A model generated the notes under the pieces. It did not search any database, was not told the origin of the DNA, and worked only from the letters and a program-made list of their open reading frames with translations. Both the position numbers and the translations under genes were made by a program. A DNA stretch of 54,955 nucleotides, counting the filler, from Sphacelaria rigidula (taxonomy: Eukaryota), in assembly GCA_964200075.2 (NCBI GenBank). It is 6 parts of 6 records of this genome, joined end to end, with 100 filler letters (N's around TTAATTAATTAA, not from the genome) between each part and the next. Parts side by side here need not be neighbours in the genome. Positions count along the whole stretch, not along the records: positions 18,355 to 27,430 come from CAXNAA020009361.1; positions 27,531 to 36,605 come from CAXNAA020009362.1; positions 36,706 to 45,780 come from CAXNAA020009363.1; 3 more parts are not named here. The stretch is one strand, 5' to 3'. Position 1 is the stretch's first letter. Every line of letters starts with the position of its first letter. Shown one piece after another: positions 24,161 through 37,065 of this stretch.

Positions 24161-25259
24161 TTAACCCCCGATCCTTTGACCTCTGGTGTGGGTCATATGT
24201 CGAATCGCATCTTTCGTTTTCGTTTGAAACACCAAGGCAAGACCCACAGATGACCCAATCATGCGGTCAAGGGGTTACCTTTTGAGTGCCAGGTTGGGGT
24301 CATTTCGGTTTGCACTCGTTTTTCAAGTAAAAATGATGCGTGATGCCAAGGCCGGAGGTCAAAGGGTTTTTATCCTGCAAGGGGCTATCTATGTTATCAA
24401 GAATTTCGGGGTGCTGGAAAATGCAGCGAGACAAAAAAAAACCGCCGACATAGATTTCTTCTCCTAGATGGCTTCATGAAACGTCGATGATTCTTCGCGC
24501 CGATTGGAAACAAAGCACGGAAACTCTCCAAATGGTTTGAGCTAAAGAATTCGGCGCTAACAAACATTCGCGGAGAAGAAAAATTTGGCGTTTTGTTACA
24601 TGGTTGTAATGCTCAGCCATTGTAAATGTTTTCCACAACATTTCAGGGCATGTCCCGCCGTATATAAACACCCACCCACGCTAAATGCCTGACAGCTTTA
24701 GAGGTAGCCACAGACAGTCCACCGCAGTATGGGGATATGCTCTCCAGTAGCGTTGGTGCGACGTTGAGCGAGCAACAGGGATATGCGTCAAATTTTGTCT
24801 CTCTGTTCTTTTGCCACACCATCAATTTGGCTGACGCAGCCGTCCGAAAACAGTCAACGCTGCTTCATTTTCACGGCCGGTCGAAAGAAAACTTAGTTCA
24901 TAATCAATCGGCTGGTTGAAAGCTACGTCCCGGGCTTTCGAGTTTCATGTCCCGCGCCATTTATGTCGTGATCAACGTGTGAACAGCTCGGAGGTGGGGG
25001 GGTGGGGGTGATCTTTGCCGTGGTTCATAATGTCCATCTCCGTTTCTTTCTGGTGGGCTTCGTGAAATTCGTCTGGATATGAAAGTAGCAAGATTGGTTC
25101 ACCCTTCGACTGCGATGCGGGTAGTCCATCTACATCACCCATACTTTTTTCAAGTGAAGCTGATGCCGATTCATCAGGTGACCCACCTACCCTGGCGGTC
25201 AAAGGGTTGAGTCGGCATTAAAATCACTTTAAAAATGTACTCATGTCGGGCAGATCATG

Positions 25260-25505
25260 ATGACAGATCATGATCCGTCGTCTAAAACTTACTTCCTCTC
25301 AGTGTACCGATCTGGGTCATGATCCGGATCAATTTGGCGCCCCTTTCCCATGTTTTCCCCCTACACCGAGTACCGCAAAGGTTGCGCTTTGGCTTCTCTG
25401 ACTCCACGGTCACATATTTTGTGTGTTTGGACCAACGGATTCGAGAGTCTCCTTCCATTAGTCCGGTAAATCAGGCGAATCATGATCTGTCTCGCGTGTG
25501 AAAAT
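25260..25505 (+). repeat. Dispersed repeat (second copy about 49650-49885)
   Basis: Shared block gatccggatca...accgagta.cgcaaaggttgcg.tttggcttc.ctg.ctcc.cggtcacatattttgtgt.tttggaccaac.gattcgag...gtgtgaaa. Confidence 0.8.
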
Positions 25506-25887
25506 GTATGCATGATCCAGATGGACTAATCATGCGTTCCAAGGGTTGACAGTTTGACCGCTAGGGTAGGCGATCAGTGGAATCGGCATCATCTACCCTT
25601 GAAAAAGACCTGAAATGATGCCGATTCGACACATCGCCTACCCTGGCGATGTAACGATTAAGCCGCATTTTTCACTACCCCCTTGATTTAATGAGACAAC
25701 CCCTAGGTCAAACCCGCCGCCCGAAATTCATGGTTGAGACGTATTTTTGTATATCTGGTCTGTGCTGTTCCTTTTCAATATTGTGGAGGGATTTTAGAGC
25801 AATTACAGTTCATCATTTCCGGCGTCAATTGGAGACCGTCATTCTCCAGGGTCTAAAATATACTGAGGCTGTGTCTTGGCACATCAC

Positions 25888-26036
25888 GTTTCGGTCGAAA
25901 AAAGTGTGGTGGAAAACAAAAATCCCGATCTGATGGGTCGTAATTTCAACCATCTTCAAAATCAACAAAGATTATTGAAATTACGACCGATCAGATCGGG
26001 ATTTTTGTTTTCCACCGCACTTTTTCGATCGAAAAC
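25888..26036. repeat. About 150-bp hairpin (arms about 60 bp)
   Basis: tcgaaaaaagtgtggtggaaaacaaaaatcccgatctgatgggtcgtaatttcaa / ttgaaattacgaccgatcagatcgggatttttgttttccaccgcactttttcga. Confidence 0.88.
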
Positions 26037-29000
26037 ACATGTGATGAGACACGCTCTGAGAGTTGGGGGTAGACGTCCTTGGAAGAGAAGTCGCCACGTC
26101 AGCACGGATACCTGGCGCTATCGTCTATTTACTAAACGTTCATCATGCGGTGGAAGGTATCACGGTTCGGACGAATCATTGCCGGTTCGAATCACTACAT
26201 CAACGATTTTTCAGGCCTGATTTCTCTAAAGAAAAACACAAATCGACCGCTGGTCAAATAGATCTCCACGCAACTGTTGCGTCACTCCACGTGCCTGGGC
26301 TGCGCGTACCTGGGCTGCGCGTACCTGGGCTGCAACGCTGAAAACAAAGCCTGAGGATTTATTCGTACGGTACGAATAAATCACTCTAAAATCAAGTAAT
26401 TTCCGGACAAATCATTAATTCGTCCGACCCTTGAAAGGATGCATGTCACTGCGGAAGGGGGAAGCGTTCATTGCACGATATGTATCCCGCCACAACAATC
26501 CCCGACGAAGTTGATGCTGTGTTTTCCTGGTGACAGTACAACGAATACCGTAGTACTTACTGACTGTACGATAAGAACCACGCCTGGGCAGGGCTAGAAT
26601 ACCCGCGATCCTTCCGTGAAATGTTTTTCGAATTGCGACTCGCACTCTTCCCCACTTGGTAACCAAGTGAAAACTTCGCAAAATTATCGATCATGCGCCT
26701 GTCAGAGGAATGTAGATATCTTCACGGGAGAGCATTTCACCGGAGAATATTCGGTTGATTCTGATACGAAAAAATTGCAGCAATCGCCCCTGTCATTGTC
26801 AAACCGTCGTGGTAACCGCCACACTAAATCTGGCACTGGGACGGACGAGATGTTGCCCCCAGCCCCAACAGTTTCGCAGTGGTCCTGGGCAGGAAACACT
26901 TTTCTCTTCGGCTACGTTGTGCGGCCCTGTCTTGGTCGACACGGCGTATAAAACCCAAGGATATCCACCTCTGACACACGGAGAATCTTACCTGATTATT
27001 TTCCGTCTTGGTGCCAGCCCCGACCGACAGGGGGGCGACGTGAACAATAAGGACGTCAAGATTTGCCCTGTGTCCGCGCAGATTTCATATCGTTACCCTC
27101 TAGAATTACCATTGGAAAGTATTCTAGTTTTCGGAATTGCCGCAGCATCGTGCATAATCATCAAGCGACACAGCCCACGAAACCCCTTGGGTCGCCGAAA
27201 CTGCTTCGTCAACACCTACCTGCGGCTTCAACCCACACATCCGTCAACTTGCAGCATCATCAGTGCTGTTTTGGGGCGCCCAATCTCCCAAAATACCGCC
27301 TCCATATTGTCGAAAAGAAACAACTCTGTGGTGTAGTAAAGGCCGATTTTCGAATCTTTAGGGGGCTGACGGTCCCGAGTGTTTTTAAGTGCAGAACACG
27401 CATGTTTCGCTCAAATCGCCCCCCCCCCCCNNNNNNNNNNNNNNNNNNNNNNNNNNNNNNNNNNNNNNNNNNNNTTAATTAATTAANNNNNNNNNNNNNN
27501 NNNNNNNNNNNNNNNNNNNNNNNNNNNNNNCCAACGAGAAGCCGATGTTACACGCTTGCGGCCAGACAGGACACTCAACACAAGCGCCAGTGACAGGAAC
27601 GCGCCGCAAAGCGTGGTCAAATCAAACGCCGACCCTCACTACATTCCACGTCCAGGAGCACGGTGCATGTCCGCTGCCCGCCCCCATCTAGCACCGTCGG
27701 CGATCCAATACAGGTCCAGCATAAATCCTCCCCCCCCCCCCCCTCCCCCACCCCCATTCACCACCCTCATTCACCACCACAGATTCGATGACATAATATA
27801 CAGCAGAATGCCAAGAAGGATGAGCAGCACGAACAACGATAGATAAAAGAACACCCGTCAGGGGAACGAAGATATGTGACTGTCGAGGTTTTACTGTAAG
27901 CGGGGCACGGGACCCCGTCCGCCCCCTGACAAAAACGCTTTGCGTTTTCCATTTTGCTACACATGGCCTGCGCACACACAAATTCATCGACACACCGCGC
28001 TTTACGTCAGCACGATTGATCGGCGGTCGTTGGAAAGTCACGACCAACAACGCCTCCCCGTCCTCCTCCGACTACCCGTCCAACGCCGCCATCATGATGA
28101 GACGTGTAAAACCGAATAGCTTCCCGAAGGACGACGGTCAAGTACAGTGGTACAGTGCAGCAAAACGAGAAAAGAGAAGAAAAAAAAAACACCAAAAGTC
28201 CACCAAAAGCTAAAAAAGTTCGTAATTGAGAGACGATTCAACACGCTGCACCCGCCGTTTGTGATGCACGGAGAAAGCCGTTTTCATCATCGGACGTAGC
28301 CGCGGTGCGGCACCACTTGTTTTGCACGCCCCCCCTCTGTGTCCCATATCGTGTAAGACGTACCCAAACCACGCGAAAATTCGAAGAATCGTGGAAACTC
28401 TCCAATTCCCGATCAAAAACGACTGAGTACGCCAGGCAACAACGCCAGGCAACAACTATTGCCTTATTTCACCACCATGCACTCACACCCCTCGGGGGAG
28501 CTTCTCTTCTGTTCCCCCTCCCCTTTCTCCCCGAAACACCACCCACCCCCGTGCTATCGAAACGTATCCATAAGATGAGTCTCTAGGCGCCTGTGTACAG
28601 GGAAGCCGACACCAAGCACGGGAGCACTACTTTACGTGAATAGTACTGATGCAATAACGAGAAGCGCGGCTCAGACATTATGCTGTATGGTTTAGCACAA
28701 ACACCAGCACAGCGGGACACAACTCTTTCTGTGTCCCTAGGACAGTAAAGTAATATTTTTGAAACGGGTTGGCTATCTGAGGCGCTAGAAAAGACACACA
28801 TGTATATGTATATATGTATATGCATGTATGTATATTCTGTATTTATGTATACAAAAAACAAAAAAAATAAAAGTTCTACTACTAGACAACTCAGAGAGAA
28901 CGAAACAAGATAATAAACGGCCTTGCACTAGCAAAAATCGGCAGCGGCGGCGGGGAGGACGAAAGAAACGACACACTATTTCTCCTCTGTACTTTGTTTC

Positions 29001-30148
29001 CGCGATCACTCTTCATGCGAAAAAAAACTCCGAAAAAACAGATTTTCAACGGATCGAGGCGGTCCGGTCCTCAACAGCCACCATAGTTCGTCGCCGCGAG
29101 AGAGAGTAACGAAGTTCGACGACGCGAGAGCACAAAAAAAAAAACATTTTCTCTGACTAAAAGTAAGACAACGCAGTTCGTGCTCAGGAGGGTACTGTAC
29201 GACAAGTGTTTCGAAATCTGCTGTCCAGCTACCCAGCCATCTTTCACGTAAACCTTTTTTTTATTTTGCTCTGTCCTGTCTACAACACCTCCCTGTAGCT
29301 CTGTCTCTGCACGCCACTTCTGGACTATCGCGACGTCTCTCTTTTTTCTTGTTGGAGAATGTGCCGTGTTCGCACATGCTACGGCGCATTTCTGTCTCTC
29401 AGAACCCAATTGCACAGAGAGACATTTGACGACACTCATCTATCACTTCACCCTGTTGCACCACGTCAAGATGCACAAGTCATCCCGCAAACCGTTCGGG
29501 ATTATATTTCTACCCGAAAACTCCCGGGAACGGCCCGTCACCGCTCACCTCCCCTACTCCGCGGGCAGTAACGGACCAAACAATAATCGCACAGTGACAG
29601 CATAAACACGAGTTGAAGGATTTGCCCATAATGCCCTACAGAACGACCGCCTGTCATCATAAGTGAAGGCGAACAAAATTCCCAACATAATATGTCCATT
29701 GTTTGCATACCAAAGAGTACCAAAGAGTACCTAAGAGTACTAAACAGCGCGTGTGATCAAAACGACAATACCAGCATTACGATTACCATTCCCATTACCA
29801 TCACTCATCACCATCACGACGACCAGCACATGACGACTGAAACCCACAAACGAACTACAATTGTTTCTTCCCTAATACATCTTCTCCGCCTTTTTAAAAA
29901 ATTCAAAAATCGATAAGTAAAGAAAAAAAAAAGCACGAGAGAGAGGGAGCGAGAGAGAGGAGACACAGACTCAGTTCAAAAAGTAAGAGGACACCAAAGC
30001 ACACTTTCAAGCCGTATTTAGCACTAGAGACATCCCACCGTACTGTGACGCTTATTTAGCAGACTAAGACACCACTACATCTGACGCGAGATATGGCAGA
30101 AAATCACCACGTTTTGACATTTTCCAGTCCTTTGCCAAGTCCCGCCGA

Positions 30149-30419
30149 TCAGTTTTCGCCTTGATGGTACAAGCCACCTCCGGATTGGTCTTCCCCACTT
30201 CCTGCTCCTCCTCCCCCCCCGCTGCCACCCGCTGCGCGGCCAGCGCTATCGGTGCTGTGCATGGATTGCATGGATTTTTGACGTGTATTGTACTGTCCGG
30301 GAGCAGATTCATCGATTTTTCCGCCGTCATAAGAGGTATTGGGCACCGGACCAGCGTAGATGACGCGCGTATCGCCACCTCCCTGAATAACGCGTGTATC
30401 GCCGCTGCCCTGAATCATC
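30149..30419 (-). CDS. CELF: CELF terminal coding exon (Gly-rich)
   Basis: tag|[31 protein letters not shown]...[26 protein letters not shown]; stop TGA at 30149-30151. Confidence 0.68.
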
Positions 30420-33400
30420 CTACACATCACACACACAAATATGATGAGCCGGGGGTTAGTACTGTGGCATGCCCGTGTCTTCTGAATTTGTTTCAGCAAT
30501 GTCGGTCATACATAGATACCACTCAGCACAACCACGCACGATAGGTCACGAAGTACACTAACGATACGTTTGATACCACTCCCTTGAACCAACCCCTCAG
30601 GATAATTGACGGCTGGTCGACCACCCTTGGGACCATTTCGCTACACAACGTATTGCCCCCTGAATAACTCCTCTATATGATGAGTTTCGGGCGTTACTGG
30701 CTCCATGCCGGTACTGTACCAAAGGTACTCTATCGGGGTACGCAGCACATCACCCCCTTGTCTATAAGAACCACCCCTGCGTGATGACTTCATGCCCCCC
30801 CCCCCGTCCCCCTCCCTCAAATGTCCGCAGTACCTCATGTCTTGCGGCTGGTGGTAACCGCGCATCTCTGGTGGTGATGTGCCCGTGTGGTGGTGCGAGT
30901 ATCCCATGCCCGCGAGTCGCCCCGACCCTCCGTGCAGCGGCGCGTGGTTCATGTCTCGCCCAGGTCCTCCGCCATGGTTCATGAGATATCCGCGCCCATC
31001 TCTGTCATGGTCCCTGTGTCACGCACGTATTTTTAGATTGAGCTTGGGTAATGTAGGTAGGAACGACACGTTGGTGGAGCGATATGGGGAAACAACCACA
31101 GAGCAGCAGTAGCACCAGCAGCCCTACACCCAGCGGGGAGCACGATGATTTAAGATCCTACTCAGCACCAGCAATGCATGCCACCGGGGAAAATATGTAT
31201 GTACGAACTGGGCCGGCAGTAAACACACACACACACACACGCACACACACCTCACAGGGTTGTGCAGATTGATGACAAAAATGTGTCAAAAACTCAGCGC
31301 CTAACTCTTCGAATTGCCAAAAGCATCTCCACTCTTCGTTTAAAAATCAGTGATAGCCGGTCCAGCTCGTATGAACAGGCACGCAAGTTCAACATCAGAA
31401 CTCATGATCTTCAATGCCGTAGTCGCATGACCATTGACCTCGCATCACTACAAAGCCGGGACGGAGCACGCCGGGTTTTCGCCGCAACAGGCTCGCAATC
31501 AACCATCAAGCGCGAAGCACCATGTGTTCGGCGAGTCGCATGAAGGGTAAGCTGCATCCTGCCAAGATTGTTCAGCCCGAAGCGTACTGATTATCTTGCA
31601 TCTGGACGACAGCCCCCAATGAGTTGCTTTTTCTTCTGGTATCACCACTTCCAGAGACAGCCATGGCTTACACACCGCCTCATGGGTGCCTCACCATTTA
31701 CACACTACGTAGTATGATCGCCCTCTTTGCGAGGAATTGAGGCTATCCCACCCCGCACAACATGACCTGGCGCGACCACGATCATGGTTACCCAAAACAA
31801 ACGCAACCGCGCAAAAAATTCGGTAACCTGGCTGCCTAGCTTGCGCAGCGAGTGGCGTGTTTTACGGCGTCATTGCCAACCAACACCAACGCCATATGAG
31901 GGGGGGGGGGGGGCGTACTTATTTGTTGCTCGCCTCAGTGATTTGACCATTGACCACGCATCCCTTTCGAGACGGAGCAGGGGAGAGGGGGGGCACATAT
32001 GTACCATCACAAAGTAAAGTGCAATACTGCACCGCGACCTCACCAACAGAACCTGAAAAAAAACATGTACGATATATGCGCCAATAAGGGGCCCGGAGAA
32101 AAGCCGGAGGGGGCAGGAAGCACAGCGACGATCCTTGTATTTCGGTTTCGGCTCGGGGCTCCCTTCGATATCCTTCATTCTCCAATGATTTTCTCTCGAC
32201 TTTCAGCGACCATGAGACATACTCTTGGTGCATTGTAGCCCAATAAGCAACAAGGGCCGAATGGCGCCTGCAATGAAATGGAGCATACTAGAGAGAAGAC
32301 CGCGGCCAACCGCAAACAAAGGACGGAACTAAGCAAAAAAGATTGGATTGAAGACACCCAGGTACCTGCAATAACTTCCCTCACCTCTCTCCGTTATCAA
32401 CCTTCTTGTGCTGCACCTTCAGCCTCTTGGAGCCAATTTGGAAGCCGTTCATCTTGCTAATCGCCACCTCCGCCTCGCCGGGGTGGTCATAGCTCACGAA
32501 GCCTAGTCCATTCAACAAGACGACCAACGCGATATCATTCGTCAACAGAAATAGCACATGTCATGTTTCTGAGTTGCCTGCAGAAGGCATGCAAACTGAA
32601 TCACGTTTCCTTTAGGTACTTACGATTCCAGCGAGGGGTGGCACCTCGTGCAGCATTGCGCCACAACCCAAACGTTTCTTGGTTTGATTGATAGGCCGTC
32701 ACATATTACCTCATCTCCGAGTCACCCAGACGCGGTCACAAGACAGAGCTCACCAAGACAAGACAAAAATGAAACGCTAGCTAAAAACAAAAAGTGAGGA
32801 AGACAGAAAGACAGAGAGAAAAAAGAACGGAGTAAACTGAAGAACAAAAACAGGAACAATATCAAACAAGAACAAAAAATCTAGAAGCCAAAATTCGGGT
32901 GGGGGAGCCCTATAACCAAGTAATTAGGTTGCAAGACGCGTCCAGACTGCTGAAAAAGAAGTTGGTTGACATCATGGAGGCATGTTCCTGAAGCCAATTA
33001 TTGAGGACGTCTGAAGTCGGAGCAAGGACTGCGACATTCCACTCCTCACGTTCAGGTGAATGTTATACATTCGAGCATGGGCGCAGACGTCCTCAACCAT
33101 CACAGGCGCATATTACATACCAACCCCAACACCGGTCAGCCATCAACGCATCATGTCCACATCGGACAGGAGCATCATTTGTAACTGCAACCCGACCTGC
33201 TACCCGTCCACTCACGCCAAAACTCAAAATTTTCCGGTATCAACACAAAAAAATGAAAAAGCATAACATCGTCGATGAATCTAACCGAGCGACACTTTTG
33301 ATTATCCCGTCCGCTTCAGTTCATCGCTCTTCAACGGGGAAACGACATGACATTTCGGCCTATCGGGGCAGTCGCACGCCCCTTCCACAACAGGGACGCG

Positions 33401-34081
33401 ACGGCTGCCGCAAGTCAATCCTGGAAACGGGCTTGTTCGCCTTACATATATTCCTGTTTTGTCAAGCGGCCTACAGTAATCGAGCCTTATATGCGCGGCG
33501 TGATTAAAAATGAGGGAGCTCCACCCGGATGTTTTTTACACGGATGTGGCATTCTACCGGGCATTCCCGTGCACACAGGCTGCAAGATATCACGATACCC
33601 GACACACGAGGCATAGGAATTCACACTACAGGCACTGCCCTCCGGACGGGAGGGGGGATACACAGAGCTTCCTCATCCCGGGAAAACCAGAGTAATCCTC
33701 GACCGCAAGGGTGGATCATCGGGGTCTATCGCCTGTGCTGCAAGTGAAGGTGATCCTGATCTAAGAGATGACCCACCCTGCTGGTCAAAGGGTGAATGGG
33801 AGTCGAGGTCTGTGAATAAATAATCCAAACACAAGCTAAACCGGGTACGAAATCACGTCGAGTTCACCACGCTCATCCCTTTCTCCGACAACAAACAGGC
33901 AGCATCATACCACAATGAAATAAAAAGGCAAACTCACCGAAACCTTTGCTCTCTCCCGTCCTCTTGTCCAAAAACACTTTAGCGCTGATCACGTGGCCAA
34001 ATGGGGCGAAGGCTGTTGCCAAGTCGGCGTCCGTGAGGTCGTTGGGCAAGTGGTAGATGAACAAATTCGCTCCCGGAGGGC
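30149..34081 (-). CDS. CELF: CELF/Bruno-like (CUG-BP) RNA-binding protein, 3' part (RRM3 plus low-complexity tail, 4 exons)
   Basis: Exons 34081-33938, 32502-32385, 31013-30834 and 30419-30149 are GT-AG and phase-consistent. [13 protein letters not shown]...[30 protein letters not shown]...[21 protein letters not shown] is the CELF RRM3 signature. RRM1 and RRM2 exons are not on this contig. Confidence 0.88.
30834..31013 (-). CDS. CELF: CELF Gly/His-rich tail exon
   Basis: cag|G GAC ... ATG AG|gtactg; phase 2 matches both neighbours; [31 protein letters not shown]...HQPQDMR. Confidence 0.7.
31621..31697. repeat. Dispersed repeat, inverted copy at 36531-36605
   Basis: agttgcttt..ttt.tggtatc.ccacttcc.gagacagcca..gctta.acac.gcctcatgggtg.ctcacca. 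Confidence 0.8.
32385..32502 (-). CDS. CELF: CELF RRM3 exon, second half
   Basis: tag|GC TTC GTG AGC ... GAG AG|gtgagg; [39 protein letters not shown]. Absent from the ORF track (too short). Confidence 0.9.
33938..34081 (-). CDS. CELF: CELF RRM3 exon, first half
   Basis: 144 nt; tag|GC ... TTC G|gtgagt; [49 protein letters not shown]. Confidence 0.92.
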
Positions 34082-35164
34082 CTAATTTTCGAATAAAAAA
34101 CAAAACGCCACGGGTACGAACGCGCACATCAGTGGGGTCATCGTTCAGGGGCGAAAAGAGGGGGAGGGAGAGGCAGAAAGTCAGAGAGGGATAAAGTGGA
34201 GACGAAGGCAAAATATGCTTACAAGATGTACAGGCCTTGTAAGAGAGAAGAGTTCTGGTATCTGTATAGGTCAACACTGAAATACAAAATACATGAATGA
34301 ATTAATTAATGAGTGTTTGAGGATGGATGGATGGTTGGATTTTATTTTTTGGACGATGGGACGCCAGCATGAAGCAGAACGGCTGTATCGCAAGCGCTAG
34401 CATTGCCGTGGAAGGATTTGGCCAAAAAAGGACCGGACGAGGAATGGAAACAAACCCAACCCAGATGTGTCCAGATAACTGAGCGCAGCAGCAACGACGA
34501 CGCTCACAAGCACGACTGCACCTCGGAACACGCACTTGCAACGCGATACGGAGTGGGTGTGTTTCAACCAACTCTAGCCATGTCTTTGTGACGTTCCCGT
34601 TTTGTTCCCCAAAGCGACAACTAAAAAGCAGTCGATTTCAGTGCAGCAAGTGTGATGCCTTGCTGTTGTTGCGTGGATTAAAGTGATGCTACTGTCCGAA
34701 CCTGTGGAAAATGACAGCAGAAGAGAACGCTTGCATGAAAAAAATATATGAAATTTCAGCAAGACGACGCAAAATAGACATAGAACCACCATAGATGTTG
34801 AATTCCAGTTCAACAAAAACTTGAAAAAAATGAAGAGATGGCAAGATGACGAAATCGGGTCGGCCTAACCAATCTCAAGTCACGAAAACATTTTAAAAAA
34901 ACATGAAACAGAAACAGTGGGTACTGTACCGTACTGTATACATAGTTGCCTCCCCTTGCACGGAGCTTGCTTTTGCAGTAACAACGAAAAAAGTACTGGA
35001 AACTTTCCTCGAAAGCATGCACACGAAGACACACATAGTGAATAGCCCATGGACTGACCAACTGTCGCACATTAACTGATTCGCTAATTTATTCGCCGAG
35101 AAACAAATTTACACGCTGGACAATACAAGCTAGGCCGCCCGAGATGGCACCAGGAATGTTGAAA

Positions 35165-35250
35165 GGCGAGTCGTGCGCTCAATTTTCGATCGTTTCCGAT
35201 GAAATTTCGATCCGATGTACAGGACGTATGTGCAAATACGAAACATTTCC

Positions 35251-35300
<50 letters not shown>

Positions 35301-35920
35301 CCTTCGTGAGTTATTGGCAATTTTGTTCCGAAAAAACGGTTTTGAAATGTTCCGTCGCCAATAACTCTCTTAAGGAAAAAAAAACAAAAACATGAAGGAA
35401 AGGTTTAGTATTCGCACATACGTCCTGTACATCATGTCAAAATTCCAACGAAAAAGATCCAAAACTGAGCGCACGACTTGCGTCATTCCGTCGACAAGCG
35501 GTTCCTATAATATATGGAGATGGACCAGTCACGAATACTTCAAACGCAATTACGCTCTTCAATTTCAAGTTGTTTTCGATGAAATTTTGACACGATGTAC
35601 AGGGTGTATATGCGAAGTTATTGGCAATTTTGTACATCCCCCCTGTTTTTTTCGTGAGTTATTGGCAATTTTGTTCCGAAAAAAAAATGTTCTGAAATGT
35701 TCCGTCGCCAATCATTCATTGGTCAATGGTCAAATGACTAAGGCAAGCAACAAATGAGTACGCCAATCATTCACCAAGGAAATAAAACAAAAACACGGTA
35801 GGAACCAAAGGGTGTTTGCACATACGTCCTGTACAGCATGTCAACATTTCATCGAAAAAACTCAAAATTGAGCTCGGGAATTGCATCATTCTCTGGAAGT
35901 CCGGTTCCTACGTGGAGATG
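35165..35920. mobile_element. Non-autonomous TIR-type element with two tandem sub-units and a (GT)n tract at 35254-35296
   Basis: Inverted pair gatgtacaggacgtatgtgcaaatac / gtattcgcacatacgtcctgtacatc; duplicated block ttcgtgagttattggcaattttgttccgaaaaaa...tgaaatgttccgtcgccaat. Confidence 0.6.
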
Positions 35921-36705
35921 GAATCTCAGCCGGGAGTTCGCCTTTGACTTGTCTTCTTCTACTTTCGGCTCGGAGGTCTTCGCAAACTGCTCGTTGGTTC
36001 GCACACTACTACCAGACGCCTTGGCGCGCTGAGGGGCTCGTTTGCGTGCCATCTTGGATACTGAGCGCCTAGTGCGACTTGTGTTGTTGTACGATCGCAG
36101 CTTATGCGGCACCACGCGAAACAACCAACTGTAACCGAAAATCCAATTTCAGCCGTTTTCTTTTGGCTAATTCCGCCGCACAAGGCACTCTCAACTCTCG
36201 ACACTTTCGCAATCGACTACAGTTTGGTATTTCGTTTGATGAGACCTTGTCGGATCGCAGGGCTTCATAGATTTGAAGACGCGCGCTGGTTTGCTGATTA
36301 CCACGGTGTGTCACAGTAGACACAACTCGCGATACATCGTCAGTTAGGACAGGCTGAAGGAAAGTGAGCTTCTCAGGCGGCCCAGCTTGTAGACGGCATC
36401 TATTGCAGTAGCAATAGCATCTGCCGCAATAGATGTCAATATTGACGTCCGTAATGGCTATCGATCGACAAGTTTCTCTTTCTATCGTTGTCGGCGATGT
36501 CTATCGGTAGATCCCTCCCACACTATTGCCTGGTGAGACACCCATGAGGCAGTGTATAAGCTGTGGCTGTCTCGGGAAGTGGCGATACCAAAAAATAAAG
36601 CAACTNNNNNNNNNNNNNNNNNNNNNNNNNNNNNNNNNNNNNNNNNNNNTTAATTAATTAANNNNNNNNNNNNNNNNNNNNNNNNNNNNNNNNNNNNNNN
36701 NNNNN

Positions 36706-36780
36706 GGGAATCGAACCGCCCTACTCAACCATCAGAAGGTTACGAGGTTACCAACTGAGCCACCGGAGCGACCAGCTACC
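36706..36780 (-). mobile_element. tRNA-derived SINE head, truncated by contig end
   Basis: Reverse strand ggtcgctccggtggctcagttggtaacctcgtaaccttctgatggttgagtagggcggttcgattccc has Pol III A box TGGCTCAGTTGG and B box GGTTCGATTCC. Confidence 0.75.
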
Positions 36781-36849
36781 AGTCGGAAGGACAAATAAAA
36801 AATAAAAACGAAATCACCAACACCGCCCACCAGAGCAACTCTCACTTTT

Positions 36850-37065
36850 TCACGGCGCGTGCGAATATTCATGGTTGATAATCACCTGATTTTAGTCGGT
36901 ACAAGGAGAATCGGATCTTTACTAGGGTTGACAGCCTCGTGTCCTCCTCGCGTGCGCAGAACGTATTTCCGTTAAAGTCGGCGCCACAGGCGCCGATTGG
37001 GGTCTACCAAGTCCCCACGTTGGTTAGGGGTTAGGGGTAGCAATACTTGTAAAAATGTGTCAATC
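36850..37065 (+). repeat. Repeat family with GC hairpin and TTAGGG-like tract (related copy about 47060-47295)
   Basis: Both copies show tcggcgcc(aca/tgt)ggcgccga, ttggggtc.accaag, ggggttaggggtag and atacttgtaaaaa.tgtgtcaa. Confidence 0.7.

Noticed and set aside
26700..27340. Possible piggyBac transposase relic on the minus strand (VDEAV...)
   Set aside because: Resemblance limited to a few residues across frameshifts; not supportable without an HMM search.
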